Shown: one piece after another, positions 34,911 to 45,863 of the stretch
How positions within the stretch are numbered: position 1 is the first letter of the stretch
How the letters are laid out: each line of letters begins with the position of its first letter
NCBI GenBank assembly: GCA_964406815.1
Contig: CAYOTC010000002.1
Location: forward strand, 7,906 to 71,905
Direction of reading: 5' to 3'
Origin: an uncultured Bdellovibrionales bacterium
Lineage (GTDB): Bacteria; Patescibacteriota; Minisyncoccia; Moranbacterales; UBA2206
Length of the DNA stretch: 64,000 nucleotides
The notes under the pieces: model-generated
What the model saw: the letters and a program-made list of their open reading frames with translations, nothing else
Database searches by the model: none
What the model was told of the DNA's origin: nothing
Translations under genes and position numbers: made by a program

Positions 34911-36281
34911 TTAAATAAGAAGAACAATAGCTTTGCAATCCTCGATCTCTTCTAGAAGTTTTTCTCCATCAATCTCATTAGCCAGAGGAGATTTTTCTTT
35001 GGCGATAGCTTTAAAAAGTTCTGCAATAGCTTTCTTAACAGCCGGATATCTTTCAACGTTTATCAGACAAGATTTGTTCCCGTCAACTTTTTTATTGGCT
35101 TTTTCTTCCGGTCTTGTTTCTTTTACATCTTCTATTGCTTCCTTTTTATTGCTCCTGACATTTCTGGTTCTTGAAGAGGTATTCTTTTTAGCAATCTCTC
35201 TCTCGGCAATTTCGGAAAATTTAATCTTTTCTTCTTCAGAAAGATTGAATAGAACTATAAGGTTATCAACTAAATCTCTGATTGTATCATTTGAAATTTT
35301 ATCAAAGTTGTTTTGTTTGAAATGGGAAATATGATATTGCGAGAAATGCAACATTTCAGCTATCTTATTCTGTTTCAAGTCATTCCTTTTGAGATATTTA
35401 AAAAACAAATCACCTAGACGAACTTCCTCATTAATTTCATCGTCTAATGCAGTATCTTTATCCGTCTGAATTTCTTCAATTACAGTTTCTTCTTCGGATA
35501 TTTCCTCGATGGATATTTCTTTTTTCTTTCTACCGCTTCTTTTTTTAGGAGTGCTCTTTTTCAGGGCAATCTCTTTTTCAAGAGTTTGATAAAAGGTATC
35601 TCTATCTTTAGATGAAAGACTTAAGAAATTGGATATTTTTTCGATTAAAGATCTGGCTTTTTCATCAGATATTCCATAAAGGTTACTGTTAAGAAGATGG
35701 CTAAGGTGAGGCCAAATAATTCCAGTTTCTTCATGCAGTTTTCTTCCACTACTACTTGCAAGCTTCAGATATTTTTTCAGAAGATCGCCCAATCTTATTT
35801 CAGGAGATTTTTCTTCTTCCTCAATGATGTCAGAATCTCCATTTGTTTCGATAGTTGGACTTTCCGGATTATCTTTAATAACTCCATCTGTCGCGGTTTC
35901 TACAATTTCATCTGGCTTAGTGTTAGTAATTTCTTCTGTTTTGGTCTCTTCTGATAAATCTTTTTGGACATTATTATTTTCAAGATGCAGATGTCCGTTT
36001 TTTCTAATGGAATTAAATTCCTCCTCCGTCAGTTCTACCTTTCCTTTAAAGAAGGCGATATTACATTTACCTCTTTGTTCTGTATTAAGGAGACCAGCAT
36101 CAATCAGAGTTTGGAACTTTTCTTTTGTTAGCTGTCTTCTTCCTTGGAGTATTTCTGTTGTTTCTTTTAATTCAAATCCAAAATCTAAACATTTTTCTGG
36201 CACAAGATTGCCATCTAAAAGCATACCGATTCTTTGGCAAATAGCTGAAATTATTTGCGTTAAGAAATAATATGAACTCAT
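34911..36281 (-). CDS. Hypothetical acidic protein with two tandem HTH-like segments
   Basis: Repeated '(E)(I/V)RLGDL(L/F)KKYLK...' modules resembling XRE-type HTH, separated by Glu-rich linkers. Confidence 0.4.
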   Translation of the reverse strand: MSSYYFLTQIISAICQRIGMLLDGNLVPEKCLDFGFELKETTEILQGRRQLTKEKFQTLIDAGLLNTEQRGKCNIAFFKGKVELTEEEFNSIRKNGHLHLENNNVQKDLSEETKTEEITNTKPDEIVETATDGVIKDNPESPTIETNGDSDIIEEEEKSPEIRLGDLLKKYLKLASSSGRKLHEETGIIWPHLSHLLNSNLYGISDEKARSLIEKISNFLSLSSKDRDTFYQTLEKEIALKKSTPKKRSGRKKKEISIEEISEEETVIEEIQTDKDTALDDEINEEVRLGDLFFKYLKRNDLKQNKIAEMLHFSQYHISHFKQNNFDKISNDTIRDLVDNLIVLFNLSEEEKIKFSEIAEREIAKKNTSSRTRNVRSNKKEAIEDVKETRPEEKANKKVDGNKSCLINVERYPAVKKAIAELFKAIAKEKSPLANEIDGEKLLEEIEDCKAIVLLI

Positions 36282-36404
36282 AGCTGATATCCTCCCAATA
36301 ATATTATTTTTTAAATGAACTTATTTTCCCCATTTTATTATCTTGAAAGTTAGCGAATTAAAGGAAAATAGTCAAGAAGCGTAAGGGAATGTGAGGGTAT
36401 AATA

Positions 36405-36434
36405 AGACCGCGCCGACTTTTGTCGGCGCGGTCT
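36405..36434 (-). terminator. Intrinsic terminator downstream of gyrA
   Basis: gaccgcgccgac-tttt-gtcggcgcggtc perfect stem. Shares its loop core CCGACTTTTGTCGG with the rpsA terminator. Confidence 0.5.
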
Positions 36435-36463
36435 TTAAATTCCTAACATTCTTTTATTTATCC

Positions 36464-38908
36464 TTACAATATCGTAATAGCACCTACTTTATCTCCGGTT
36501 TGCGGTCGCATTACGCGCACTCCTTGTGTCGCTCGGCCGAGGACTGAAACGGAAGAAAGCGGGATGCGGATTATCTGGCCTTTATCGGAAGTTAGAATCA
36601 GGTCAGTTTCGATAGCATCGATATTGATTACTATTGCACCGATTAGTTTTCCGGTCTTAGTGGTAACGGACGCAGTTTTGATTCCTGAGCCTCCACGTTT
36701 TTGAATCTTATAGGCCTTGATGTCTGATCTTTTTCCAAATCCGTTTTCGGAAATTACAAGAAGCTGATTGCCTTTCTGGGCTTTGAACATTACATCCATT
36801 CCGACCACGCGATCATCTTTTCTTAGTTTTATTCCGCGAACTCCAGTGGCTGATCTTCCCATTGAGCGGACATCGCTTTCTTTGAAATGGATTGCTTGGC
36901 CCGCGCCAGTCGTGATAATAACTTCGTCGCTTCCGGTTGTCGGACTGACCCAGCTTAGGGCGTCGCCTTTATCAAGTTTTATGGCAATGAGTCCGGAACG
37001 TCTGACATTTTCAAATTCGTCGAGAGTGGTCTTTTTCACGGTTCCCATCTCGGTTGCCATAAAGAGATATTTATAATTGTCATCTTTATTGAAAGCAATC
37101 ATAGCAGTGATTTTTTCTTCCTGTGACAGTTGGAGGAAATTCACGATCGATTGTCCTTTGGAAATACGGGAAGACTCAGGAATTTCATAGGCCTTGGTTT
37201 GGAAAACTTTTCCGGTGTTGGTGAAGAATAAAAGATTATCGTGAGTCATTACTCCGACTAATTTTTCGATTTCATCGCCTTCTTTGGTTGTGGCGCCAAT
37301 CACTCCTTTGCCTCCGCGTTTTTGCACTTTGTATACTCCGGGATTCATCCGTTTGATGTAACCTTCTTTGGAAATAGTGATTATCGCTTCCTCATTCGGA
37401 ACCAAATCTTCTTGGCGGAATTCAGTGATGCCGGTTTTTATTATTTTTGTTTTCCTTTCATCCCCGAATTTTTCCTTGACGCGAATAAGTTCATCCTTAA
37501 CAATGCCGAAAAGTTTCTTTTCGCTTTTCAGGATTGCTTCTAGTTCAGCGATAAGTTTCAGTTTTTCTGCGAGTTCGTCTTCAATCTTTTTTCTTTCGAG
37601 TCCGGCCAAAGTCTGTAGCCTCATTTCAAGAATAGCGGTCGCTTGTCTTTCGGAAAGCTTAAATTTTTTCATGAGGTTGGCATGGGCTTCCTCTTTGGTT
37701 TTGGATTTTTTGATAGTTTCAATAACATCATCAATATGATCAAGGGCTTTTTTGAGTCCTTCCAGGATGTGAGCTCGATCTTTGGCTTTATCGAGATCAA
37801 ATTGTGTTCTTCGGGTAACAACAATTTTTCTGTGAGCGATGTAATATTCAAGGATTGATTTAAGATTAAGAACAGTCGGTTCAATTCCATCTACAAGTGC
37901 CAGCATATTCACTCCGAAATTTTTCTGCAGATCGGTGAGGGAATAAAGCTTGTTGAGAACTTTTTGCGGATAAGCATCTTTTTTCAGTTCAATCACTATA
38001 CGTACGCCTTCTTTATTGGATTCATCGCGCAGATCTTTAATGCCGACAATTTTGCCATCCTTTATAAGTTCGGCTATTTTTTCAATTAAAGTTGATTTGT
38101 TGGTAGCATAAGTTATTTCTGTCACAACAATTTTAAACATTCCATTTTTCGTTTCTTCAATATTGGTTTTTGCGCGGGTGAGAATTTTCCCTCGTCCAGT
38201 TCGATAAGCTTCGACAATATCTTTTTGATTATAAATTATTCCTCCAGTTGGAAAATCCGGACCTTTCACAAAATTGCACAGTTCTTCTACGCTTGCTTGT
38301 GGATTATCAATAAGATGAGTTATTCCGTCGATAAGTTCCGTAAGATTGTGGGAAGGAATATTTGTCGCCATTCCAACCGCAATTCCCATTGAACCATTGA
38401 GGAGAAGTTGAGGAAGATTGGCTGGAAGCACTGTCGGTTCTTTATGCTGGCCGTCAAAATTAGGAACGAAATCAACCGTATTTTTTTCAATATCCAAAAG
38501 CATCTCTTCTGCCATTTGGGAAAGCTTGGCTTCAGTGTAACGATAAGCCGCCGCAGAGTCGCCATCCATCGAACCGAAATTTCCTTGTCCGCGAACCATC
38601 GGATATCTGAGAGAAAAATCCTGAGCCATTCTGACCATTGATTCATAAACTGCCGAGTCTCCATGCGGGTGATATTTTCCCAGCACTTCTCCAACGACAG
38701 TGGCTGATTTTCTAAATTTTGCATTGGATTTCAACCCGGAATTCCACATAGAATATAAAATCCGGCGATGAACGGGTTTCAATCCATCGCGAACATCAGG
38801 CAAGGCACGCGATACGATAACACTCATCGCATAGTCCAAATAGGATTGCTGGATTTCCGTGGTAATTTCGCGTTCGTGGATATTTTCCAATTGAAGTTTG
38901 CTTTCCAT
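36464..38908 (-). CDS. gyrA: DNA gyrase subunit A
   Basis: '[26 protein letters not shown]' with active-site Tyr context, 814 aa, C-terminal beta-pinwheel repeats. Confidence 0.95.
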   Translation of the reverse strand: MESKLQLENIHEREITTEIQQSYLDYAMSVIVSRALPDVRDGLKPVHRRILYSMWNSGLKSNAKFRKSATVVGEVLGKYHPHGDSAVYESMVRMAQDFSLRYPMVRGQGNFGSMDGDSAAAYRYTEAKLSQMAEEMLLDIEKNTVDFVPNFDGQHKEPTVLPANLPQLLLNGSMGIAVGMATNIPSHNLTELIDGITHLIDNPQASVEELCNFVKGPDFPTGGIIYNQKDIVEAYRTGRGKILTRAKTNIEETKNGMFKIVVTEITYATNKSTLIEKIAELIKDGKIVGIKDLRDESNKEGVRIVIELKKDAYPQKVLNKLYSLTDLQKNFGVNMLALVDGIEPTVLNLKSILEYYIAHRKIVVTRRTQFDLDKAKDRAHILEGLKKALDHIDDVIETIKKSKTKEEAHANLMKKFKLSERQATAILEMRLQTLAGLERKKIEDELAEKLKLIAELEAILKSEKKLFGIVKDELIRVKEKFGDERKTKIIKTGITEFRQEDLVPNEEAIITISKEGYIKRMNPGVYKVQKRGGKGVIGATTKEGDEIEKLVGVMTHDNLLFFTNTGKVFQTKAYEIPESSRISKGQSIVNFLQLSQEEKITAMIAFNKDDNYKYLFMATEMGTVKKTTLDEFENVRRSGLIAIKLDKGDALSWVSPTTGSDEVIITTGAGQAIHFKESDVRSMGRSATGVRGIKLRKDDRVVGMDVMFKAQKGNQLLVISENGFGKRSDIKAYKIQKRGGSGIKTASVTTKTGKLIGAIVINIDAIETDLILTSDKGQIIRIPLSSVSVLGRATQGVRVMRPQTGDKVGAITIL

Positions 38909-39026
38909 AGTATCAATAAATTAAACCAAATCGGCAGCAAAAAACGCCGCCGGAGATTGATTTATTTTTTTAAATATATTTTTTCTTGGTAATTATTTTC
39001 TGCTTATTCTGGCTGTCTGTTGAGTT

Positions 39027-39320
39027 CTATTCTTTGCTTTCATTTGTGGGAATATTTCCTTGTATTTTAGTTGGCAGTTCTCTGAGTTTTTTAGTCGCAT
39101 CTTCCAATGATTCTTTTTGGTTTTTTATATATTCCATTTCTTCACTTTTTATCAAATCTAATATTGATGCTGTGTTATTTTTTTGTCTAAAAAGACTGAA
39201 AGATATGAGCCACAACAAAACTATAAAAAACATTGAAACAAAAACTGAAATCTGGACATAACGCATCCTTTCCTTTTCTGGTTTTTGGCGTAGTTGTTCA
39301 ATTTTTTTTCTTAAATTCAT
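39027..39320 (-). CDS. Small single-TM protein, hypothetical
   Basis: 97 aa with one TM. Confidence 0.3.
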   Translation of the reverse strand: MNLRKKIEQLRQKPEKERMRYVQISVFVSMFFIVLLWLISFSLFRQKNNTASILDLIKSEEMEYIKNQKESLEDATKKLRELPTKIQGNIPTNESKE

Positions 39321-39352
39321 TTTTATTTCTTAAAATTCTGATTCTGTTTAGC

Positions 39353-40012
39353 CTAGTCAATGCCCATTACTATGACTTCCATCTTTTTTCCATCAATTTC
39401 GCTTTTTTTCAAATTAATCTTGGAGGGATGATTGGCGGAACAATTTCCAATTTCATTACAAAATTTCTTCTCATCATCTATGTCAACAGTGGAATTTTTC
39501 ATCTTAAAATGCATTGGTATTATCATGTTCGGTTCGATCATTTTTATAATATCAATAGCCTCTTTATGATTAATGGTATATTTTCCACCAATCGGAATCA
39601 TAAGAACATCAACTTCTCCCATAGCCTCTACTTGTTTTTCAGTAAGTTCACAGCCTAAGTCTCCCAAGTGGCAAATTCTGATATCCTCGCATTCTATGAC
39701 ATAAATCGTGTTTAGTCCTTGTTTGGACCCTTGTTGCGAGTCATGAAAAGAGCCAATGCCGATAATGTTTATTCCTTTCAAAGAATATTCTCCCGGAATA
39801 TTAATAATTTTCGGTTCACCTTTTAATGCCTCAATATTATTATGGTCGTGATGATTATGGGTAACAAGGACAAAATTAGCTTGTCCTTGAGGCGGGCGAA
39901 GGCCGACAGATTTGTCGAATGGATCAATGAAAAAAGTTACTTCTTCCTGACCGCGACCGGCGGGTTTAGCTGAGATTTTGAAGCATGAATGACCGTAATA
40001 TTGAATGTTCAT
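39353..40012 (-). CDS. MBL-fold metallo-hydrolase
   Basis: 'VLVTHNHHDHNN' (HxHxDH) and downstream His/Asp ligands. Confidence 0.7.
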   Translation of the reverse strand: MNIQYYGHSCFKISAKPAGRGQEEVTFFIDPFDKSVGLRPPQGQANFVLVTHNHHDHNNIEALKGEPKIINIPGEYSLKGINIIGIGSFHDSQQGSKQGLNTIYVIECEDIRICHLGDLGCELTEKQVEAMGEVDVLMIPIGGKYTINHKEAIDIIKMIEPNMIIPMHFKMKNSTVDIDDEKKFCNEIGNCSANHPSKINLKKSEIDGKKMEVIVMGID

Positions 40013-40111
40013 ATTTTTTTAAAATGGTAAAATTTAAAAAATTTCAAATTGAAATCTAATTCATTTTAACACCAAAAAATAGGTTTGTCGAGGCGAAAAG
40101 CGGTTCTGTTT

Positions 40112-40139
40112 TTGACAAAATTATCATTTAATTTATAAT
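40112..40139 (+). promoter_or_regulatory. Sigma70-type promoter upstream of rpsA
   Basis: TTGACA, 16-nt spacer, TATAAT. A second TTGACA-17-TATACT lies at ~40191-40219. Confidence 0.4.
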
Positions 40140-40323
40140 GCCATGTTAGTAAGTCAATGTTTCTTTTTTAAAGCTAAAATTGATTGCTTTATTGACATAT
40201 TCAGAGTAGTCGGATATACTTCCTTTGAGGATTAATCATTAAGAAAATTCAATAGGAAATGCTTTAATTTCCATATTTTATAACCTTTTTGATTTTTCAA
40301 AGGTTTTTTGTTTTTCTAGGAGC

Positions 40324-41652
40324 GTGTCCCATTTAATAATTAAAAAGCAGTTTCATAGGGACAAAACTGCAAATTATAATAAAATGAATCAAATGCTTGA
40401 TAATTTAGCGCGTGAAGTCGACCGGATTTCCGAAACAGGAGGAGTTTCTTCGGAGGAAAAAACTACCAAAAAAGAAGAAAAAGACGATATTCAATCGGAA
40501 AAACCTACTTCTTTGATGGGAAAATTGCTTAATCAAAATCCGATAAATTTCCCTCAAGTAGGAGAAACAATAATTGGAAAAGTGATCGAAATATCTTCCA
40601 ATGAAATATATTTGGATCTTGCTCCTTTCGGAACAGGAATAGTTTTAGGAAAGGAAATGAAAGACGGAATGGGGAGTAATCGCCTGAAGATTGGTGATGA
40701 AGTTACTGCTTCTGTTATCGAATTGGAAAATGAAGATGGATATATAGAACTTTCGATTAGAGAAGCTTCCAATGAAAAGGCTTGGGAAGATATTGAAGTG
40801 AAGCTTGATAATAAGGAAAAGGTTTCTACCAAGATTCTTAGCGCCAATAAAGGAGGGCTTCTTGTTGAAGTTAATGGAATAACCGGATTTTTGCCTGTTT
40901 CCCAACTTTCCAGTAAGAATTATCCGCGCGTGGAGGATGGAGATAAAAATAAAATTCTTAATTTGCTTAAGAAAATGGTCGGGACAGAAATGGAAGTGCG
41001 CATAATCGACGCTGATAAAGAAACAGAAAAGCTTATTGTTAGCGAAAAAGCGGCGATGAGCGAGAGAGAAAAGGAGGCAATTTCCAATTTCAATGTCGGA
41101 GATGTGATTTCTGGAGAAATCAGCGGAGTGGTTGATTTCGGAGCGTTTGTTAAATTTACTCCAAGAAATGATGATGGAAATGAGGATGAAGGCAAAGATA
41201 AATTGGAAGGATTGGTTCATATTTCCGAATTGGCTTGGCAATTAATCGAAGATCCACGCACAATCATCAAAGTTGGTGATAAAGTTGAAGCCAAAATTAT
41301 CGGAATTGATAATGAAAAAATTTCTCTTTCCATCAGAGCGTTGCAGAAAGATCCGTGGAGCGATATTGAGGAAAAATATAAGATTGGCGATATTGTTAAA
41401 GGAAAAGTGCACAAGATTAATCATTTCGGATGTTTTGTATATCTCGACAAAGATATCCACGGATTAGCTCATATTAGTGAAATGTCAGAAGCTTTTCCGG
41501 GAAAAAATCTCAATGATTTGGTGAAGGCTGATGAAGAATATGATTGGAAAATTCTTTCTATTGAAGCCAAGACTCACAGAATGGGTCTGGTGCTAGTGGA
41601 TAAAAAAGGAGAAAAGAAGGAAGATAAGAAAGGAGAAAAGAAAGAGAAATAA
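40324..41652 (+). CDS. rpsA: 30S ribosomal protein S1
   Basis: Four OB-fold S1 repeats (e.g. 'VGDVISGEISGVVDFGAFVKF', 'IGDIVKGKVHKINHFGCFVYL') and a Lys/Glu C-terminal tail. The true start may be an internal Met. Confidence 0.8.
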   Translation: MSHLIIKKQFHRDKTANYNKMNQMLDNLAREVDRISETGGVSSEEKTTKKEEKDDIQSEKPTSLMGKLLNQNPINFPQVGETIIGKVIEISSNEIYLDLAPFGTGIVLGKEMKDGMGSNRLKIGDEVTASVIELENEDGYIELSIREASNEKAWEDIEVKLDNKEKVSTKILSANKGGLLVEVNGITGFLPVSQLSSKNYPRVEDGDKNKILNLLKKMVGTEMEVRIIDADKETEKLIVSEKAAMSEREKEAISNFNVGDVISGEISGVVDFGAFVKFTPRNDDGNEDEGKDKLEGLVHISELAWQLIEDPRTIIKVGDKVEAKIIGIDNEKISLSIRALQKDPWSDIEEKYKIGDIVKGKVHKINHFGCFVYLDKDIHGLAHISEMSEAFPGKNLNDLVKADEEYDWKILSIEAKTHRMGLVLVDKKGEKKEDKKGEKKEK

Positions 41653-41678
41653 TCTTCAGATTATATAGGGGTTTTTTA

Positions 41679-41710
41679 TGAGCCGCTCCGACTTTTGTCG
41701 GAGCGGCTCA
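41679..41710 (+). terminator. Intrinsic terminator downstream of rpsA
   Basis: tgagccgctccgac-tttt-gtcggagcggctca hairpin. Confidence 0.5.
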
Positions 41711-41792
41711 TGTTGTCTCTATTAAAATATTTTCAAATTAGTTATAATGAAGTAAACAAAATCTTAAAAAAATAATTTCAAAAAATAATAAA

Positions 41793-42344
41793 ATGGGAAA
41801 AATTTTCATCATCTCCGGTTCATCCGGTTCCGGCAAAGACGCTTTAATGAAAAGATTGAAAGAAAAAATTGATTTTGACAGGATAATCACCACAACTACT
41901 CGCGAAATAAGACCTGAGGACAAAGAAGGTAGTACTTATTATTTCATCAGCAAAGAAGAATTTGAAAAAGGCATTAAGGAAAATCGTTTTTTTGAATATG
42001 CCTTGCAAGATCGCGGAAATTATTATGGCGGAACTTATTCCGAACTTGAAAGAGTGAAGAAAAGCCCAAAGCCGGTTCTTTGGAAACTTGATTATAAAGG
42101 AGTAATCACGGCCAAAAAATTAATGCCGGAAGCTAAATCTATTTTTATCCATATCCCGCTTGAACTAAAAAAAGACAGGCTTCGTAAGCGAGGAGAAAGT
42201 GAAGAGATGATTGAAAAACGTCTCGAATATGATAAAGGATGGTATGAGAATGAGAATATTTTCGATTACAAAATTACGAATGAAGAAGGGAAGCTGGATG
42301 AAGCGGTGGAAAAATTTTTAGGAATCATTAAAGAGAACCTTTAG
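41793..42344 (+). CDS. gmk: Guanylate kinase
   Basis: P-loop 'ISGSSGSGKDAL', 'TTTTREIRPEDKEGSTYYFI', 183 aa. Confidence 0.85.
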   Translation: MGKIFIISGSSGSGKDALMKRLKEKIDFDRIITTTTREIRPEDKEGSTYYFISKEEFEKGIKENRFFEYALQDRGNYYGGTYSELERVKKSPKPVLWKLDYKGVITAKKLMPEAKSIFIHIPLELKKDRLRKRGESEEMIEKRLEYDKGWYENENIFDYKITNEEGKLDEAVEKFLGIIKENL

Positions 42345-42414
42345 AATATCTTTTGAAAAAAGTAAAAAGCCAAGTTTATGTAATAATAAATTTGGCTTTT
42401 ATTTTGCGAAGGTA

Positions 42415-42963
42415 CTAGAAGCTGAACTTCAGTGCTAACTTACTTCCAGAATCATAATATGCGCCCCAGACAGTAAGCTTGGTATTGGGAATATCGATTT
42501 CAACAAGAGGTGCAGCATCAAGGCCTTTTTCCAAAAGAGTACCAACTCTGAAACCTTTTTTTACATTGATTGTCGACTTTACCTTCCACCAAGTATCTTT
42601 ACTATCGGCTCCTCTTTCATAGAAAGCTATGACTGAACCGACTTTATTTCCCATCCAGAGCGAGCTTGCATAACGGACTGGACTGCCGGACTCGACACTT
42701 TGCACGCCGATCGAAGCGGACAGTGAAAGCCAAGACTTTGGTGACCAGTTCGGACCAATATAGGCTTCTGACCAATACTTATTTGTCTGGAAATACCCGG
42801 ACCAACCGAAACTGCCTTTTACTTGTCCATCGACGTATCCAATAAGAGTGTGGATAGTTTCGGCTTTCCTAAATGTTGCCCGTTCTTCTACAAATCCTCC
42901 AGCTAATACGTTAGAAGACATCATAACTATTACCATAACTATAATTGCTGTATATTTCTTCAT
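42415..42963 (-). CDS. Secreted small beta-rich protein ending in aromatic-x-Phe; possible 8-strand beta-barrel
   Basis: Signal peptide, alternating hydrophobic pattern, C-terminal 'LALKFSF'. Confidence 0.3.
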   Translation of the reverse strand: MKKYTAIIVMVIVMMSSNVLAGGFVEERATFRKAETIHTLIGYVDGQVKGSFGWSGYFQTNKYWSEAYIGPNWSPKSWLSLSASIGVQSVESGSPVRYASSLWMGNKVGSVIAFYERGADSKDTWWKVKSTINVKKGFRVGTLLEKGLDAAPLVEIDIPNTKLTVWGAYYDSGSKLALKFSF

Positions 42964-43169
42964 ATTATCTCCTTCGGCCGATGGCCTATATATAATGTAG
43001 TGGTTTTAATCCCTCTGTTTTTAATGTTCTGTTGTTACGAGTTTTTATTTCTTTTCGTTATTTCATCGTAACAAGCTATTATATCTCAAAATTGGCAAAA
43101 TGTCAATTTAACTCCAATAAATATCAATAAAAATATAAAATAAATCTTTTATTAAGCTATATAATTGTG

Positions 43170-43199
43170 TTGACATAGTTTCAACAACAGAGTATAATA
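43170..43199 (+). promoter_or_regulatory. Consensus sigma70 promoter (TTGACA-18-TATAAT) ending 7 nt before the ATG at 43207; implies a leaderless or near-leaderless mRNA
   Basis: ttgacatagtttcaacaacagagtataat, seen directly in the sequence. Confidence 0.45.
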
Positions 43200-43206
43200 T
43201 AGGCAT

Positions 43207-43986
43207 ATGGTAGAAGAAATACTAAAAGAATTAGGTTTTAATGAAAAAGAAGTCCAGGTTTATCTGGAGGCTTTAAAGTTGGGACGAACCACACCGGCCA
43301 GAATATCCAAAAACACTGGAATTAATCGGTCCACTGTCTATAGTGTGGTTAAAAATCTTATAAAAAAAGGTGTAATTGCCGAAGATATCGGGGGAAAATT
43401 TGATTATGTTGTAGCTTTGCCGCCGGATAGTTTAGAGAAAATCCTGGATGAAAAGAAAAGACAGCTCAAAAAAGAGAGCGGTTTGGTGGAAAAAGCCATT
43501 GATGAGTTGGAAAAACTGCCTTCCGGCATAAAATTCTCCATTCCCAAGATTCGTTTTGTGGAAGAGTTGGATATTGAGGATTTTATGATAAAGGAATCGG
43601 ATAAATGGAATGAAAGCATAAAAAGTACGGATGGTATTTGGTGGGGCTTTCAAGATCCGACTTTTGTGGAAAATTATCAAAAATGGCTGAAGATTTATTA
43701 TAGTTTGAATTCCACTGTTGGATTAAAGGTCAATCTTCTATCAACCAAGTCTGAAATTGAAAATAAAATGGAGCAGTGGAAAGAAGAAAGGCGGAAAATC
43801 CGCTTTTGGAAAGATAATATTGATTTCACTTCAACTTTGTGGGCGATTGGGAATTATACGATTATAATCCAGACCAATGAGCGGCCATTCTATCTAATTG
43901 AAATCTATAATCCGGAACTGACGCATAATCTTCGAGAAATGTTTCGCGGGATTTGGGAGAATATGGATAAGATAGTGGAAAATTAG
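43207..43986 (+). CDS. TrmB-family HTH transcriptional regulator
   Basis: N-terminal 'LGFNEKEVQVYLEALKLGRTTPARISKNTGINRSTVYSVVKNLIKKG' winged HTH and a C-terminal effector-like domain. Confidence 0.6.
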   Translation: MVEEILKELGFNEKEVQVYLEALKLGRTTPARISKNTGINRSTVYSVVKNLIKKGVIAEDIGGKFDYVVALPPDSLEKILDEKKRQLKKESGLVEKAIDELEKLPSGIKFSIPKIRFVEELDIEDFMIKESDKWNESIKSTDGIWWGFQDPTFVENYQKWLKIYYSLNSTVGLKVNLLSTKSEIENKMEQWKEERRKIRFWKDNIDFTSTLWAIGNYTIIIQTNERPFYLIEIYNPELTHNLREMFRGIWENMDKIVEN

Positions 43987-44090
43987 AAGCATATTTATTT
44001 TTGGGAAAATCAAAAAGGCAACTGCCACGATGGGTAGTTGCCTTTTAGCCATCTGCGCGAGCTTTTTTCGGTATAAATACCGAAAAAGTT

Positions 44091-44921
44091 TTATTTTATG
44101 GCTAGATTTGACAAATATTGTTGATAGGCTTTTTCGTCGTGCAAATGCACCCAGTCCCGGCCTAATTGATATCCATAAAGCTCACCTTGTTCGGATAATG
44201 TTGGAAAAATATCATATTCCATTGATAAATTAGACTTCTTGGCCAAGGCCAAAACTCCCGGCTCAAGAAAATATACTCCACCGCTCGATAAATGTGATAC
44301 TTTCTCTTCAGATCCAGGCTTTTCCTTAAAACTGACGATCCTTGGTCCTTTCATAATAATCGAACTAAGTCTGGTTGTATCATCCACATCAGCCACGCTG
44401 ATTGTCGCAAGAGCGCCTTGCCGCTTATGATAATTGTACATGTCTTCGATATCGATTTTATCCAGAAGAATGTCACCGTTCATCATTAGGAATGTTTCTT
44501 TGAAATGTTTTTTCAAATGTACAAACATCCCAGCTGTGCCACCTTCCCCTTCTTCATAATATTGGATTCCTATACCAATCTTTTCTCCATTTCCAATCAC
44601 ATTATTAATATCATGAATCCATTCACGGGCTGAGATAATAACCTCGCTAACACCAAATGATTTTAATGTTTCAAGGTTTTTTTCCAAAAGAGTCGTTTTT
44701 CCAATCGGCAGTAAAACCTTGGCGATAGTCTTATTATTCAATTCTACTCCTTGTCCACCGGCCAAAATTACAGCCTTATTAAGAATATGATGCTTGAAAT
44801 GTTTTAGGACTATGGTTTCGATAGCATTAGACCGATTTCGCACTGTTTCACCGTCAATGATGGTATCAATCTTATTGATTACATCATTTCGAATAGTAAT
44901 AGTAATTCTTTCGCGTCGCAT
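44091..44921 (-). CDS. Sugar-phosphate nucleotidyltransferase with an N-terminal ribbon-helix-helix-like extension
   Basis: 'AVILAGGQGVELNNKTIAKVLLP' (NTP_transferase G-loop). N-terminal 45 aa 'RITITIRNDVINKIDTIIDGETVRNRSNAIETIV' is RHH/CopG-like. Confidence 0.55.
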   Translation of the reverse strand: MRRERITITIRNDVINKIDTIIDGETVRNRSNAIETIVLKHFKHHILNKAVILAGGQGVELNNKTIAKVLLPIGKTTLLEKNLETLKSFGVSEVIISAREWIHDINNVIGNGEKIGIGIQYYEEGEGGTAGMFVHLKKHFKETFLMMNGDILLDKIDIEDMYNYHKRQGALATISVADVDDTTRLSSIIMKGPRIVSFKEKPGSEEKVSHLSSGGVYFLEPGVLALAKKSNLSMEYDIFPTLSEQGELYGYQLGRDWVHLHDEKAYQQYLSNLAIK

Positions 44922-44990
44922 ATTAATATATATTATCTAGAATTAGATAATCATATTATATCATACTTTAAAAGGGCATTTTAGGGGGGG

Positions 44991-45024
44991 TTGACAAAAT
45001 ATTAATAGTATGATAGTATCATAC
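44991..45024 (+). promoter_or_regulatory. Promoter (TTGACA-17-TAGTAT) overlapped by the palindrome gtatgata/gtatcatac; candidate operator
   Basis: The palindrome spans the -10 region. It is divergent from the RHH-nucleotidyltransferase gene and upstream of the three-gene small-membrane-protein cluster. Confidence 0.4.
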
Positions 45025-45082
45025 GTTAAGTTCTTTAACAATTTATCGACGTTTATAAACCTAAAATAAAAAGGAGAAAAAT

Positions 45083-45430
45083 ATGGATTTATTAATAATC
45101 AGCATTCCGGCTATTGTTTCTGCTTTTATAGCGATAATAGTAGGGTATTTAACGGGTGGATTAGACGCAGTTCTTTCGCTATCAGTCTATATGGGACTAT
45201 TGTATCTTTTTTCGCAGATACAGTTAGGTATGTGTTCGTATGCATCAATACGATTTCCTAAGATCAAATGGCTTTTATTCTTGATTTCATTTTGCATTAT
45301 GTTTTTGGGGAATCACAATGAAAAAGTTGTTTCGGCATTTTCTTCAATGTCGATAATAAGCCTGGTTATTTTCCAGTTATCCCTATTTGTATTTGGATTT
45401 TTCATTGCAATGACGATAGATTACTTCTGA
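45083..45430 (+). CDS. Small polytopic membrane protein 1 of 3, hypothetical
   Basis: 115 aa, 3-4 TMs, strong SD (aaaaggag) 8 nt upstream. Confidence 0.4.
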   Translation: MDLLIISIPAIVSAFIAIIVGYLTGGLDAVLSLSVYMGLLYLFSQIQLGMCSYASIRFPKIKWLLFLISFCIMFLGNHNEKVVSAFSSMSIISLVIFQLSLFVFGFFIAMTIDYF

Positions 45431-45448
45431 TAAAAAAGGAGAACAAAA

Positions 45449-45784
45449 ATGGTTTCATATATGGAAATTTTATATTGGGTTGGATTAGCTTTATTGGTAG
45501 TAGCAGTATTAAAAGTCGGTGCTATAAAAAATAGCAACAATATAAACCTATTCTTTATTATAACTTTAATAATGGCGGGAGGATTGTGTTATTCGATTGG
45601 TGCTAAATATCAAAAAGCCAATGAATTCTACAGCATATTGGCAGAGGAGGTTGATTTGAAACAGGTTTCAGCGCATGGAATTAGTACATTTCGTATGCAG
45701 GTGGATCTGGTTTATGAGAATGGGAAATTGAGAAAACTTTTCTTGGTTCCTAAAACAACTACAAAATTAACAGTAGCTAAATAG
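45449..45784 (+). CDS. Small membrane protein 2 of 3, hypothetical
   Basis: 2 TMs plus a soluble C-terminus, SD aaaaggag. Confidence 0.4.
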   Translation: MVSYMEILYWVGLALLVVAVLKVGAIKNSNNINLFFIITLIMAGGLCYSIGAKYQKANEFYSILAEEVDLKQVSAHGISTFRMQVDLVYENGKLRKLFLVPKTTTKLTVAK

Positions 45785-45863
45785 GACTGCTGGAGGAGAA
45801 AATCCAAAAAAGAAGCCGTTGCAACATTCTGCAGTGGCTTCTTATAAGAAAAAAGGAGAAAAA

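Noticed and set aside
40645-41241. Minus-strand ORFs antisense to rpsA (198 aa and smaller)
   Set aside because: They overlap the four-S1-domain rpsA gene and are low complexity.
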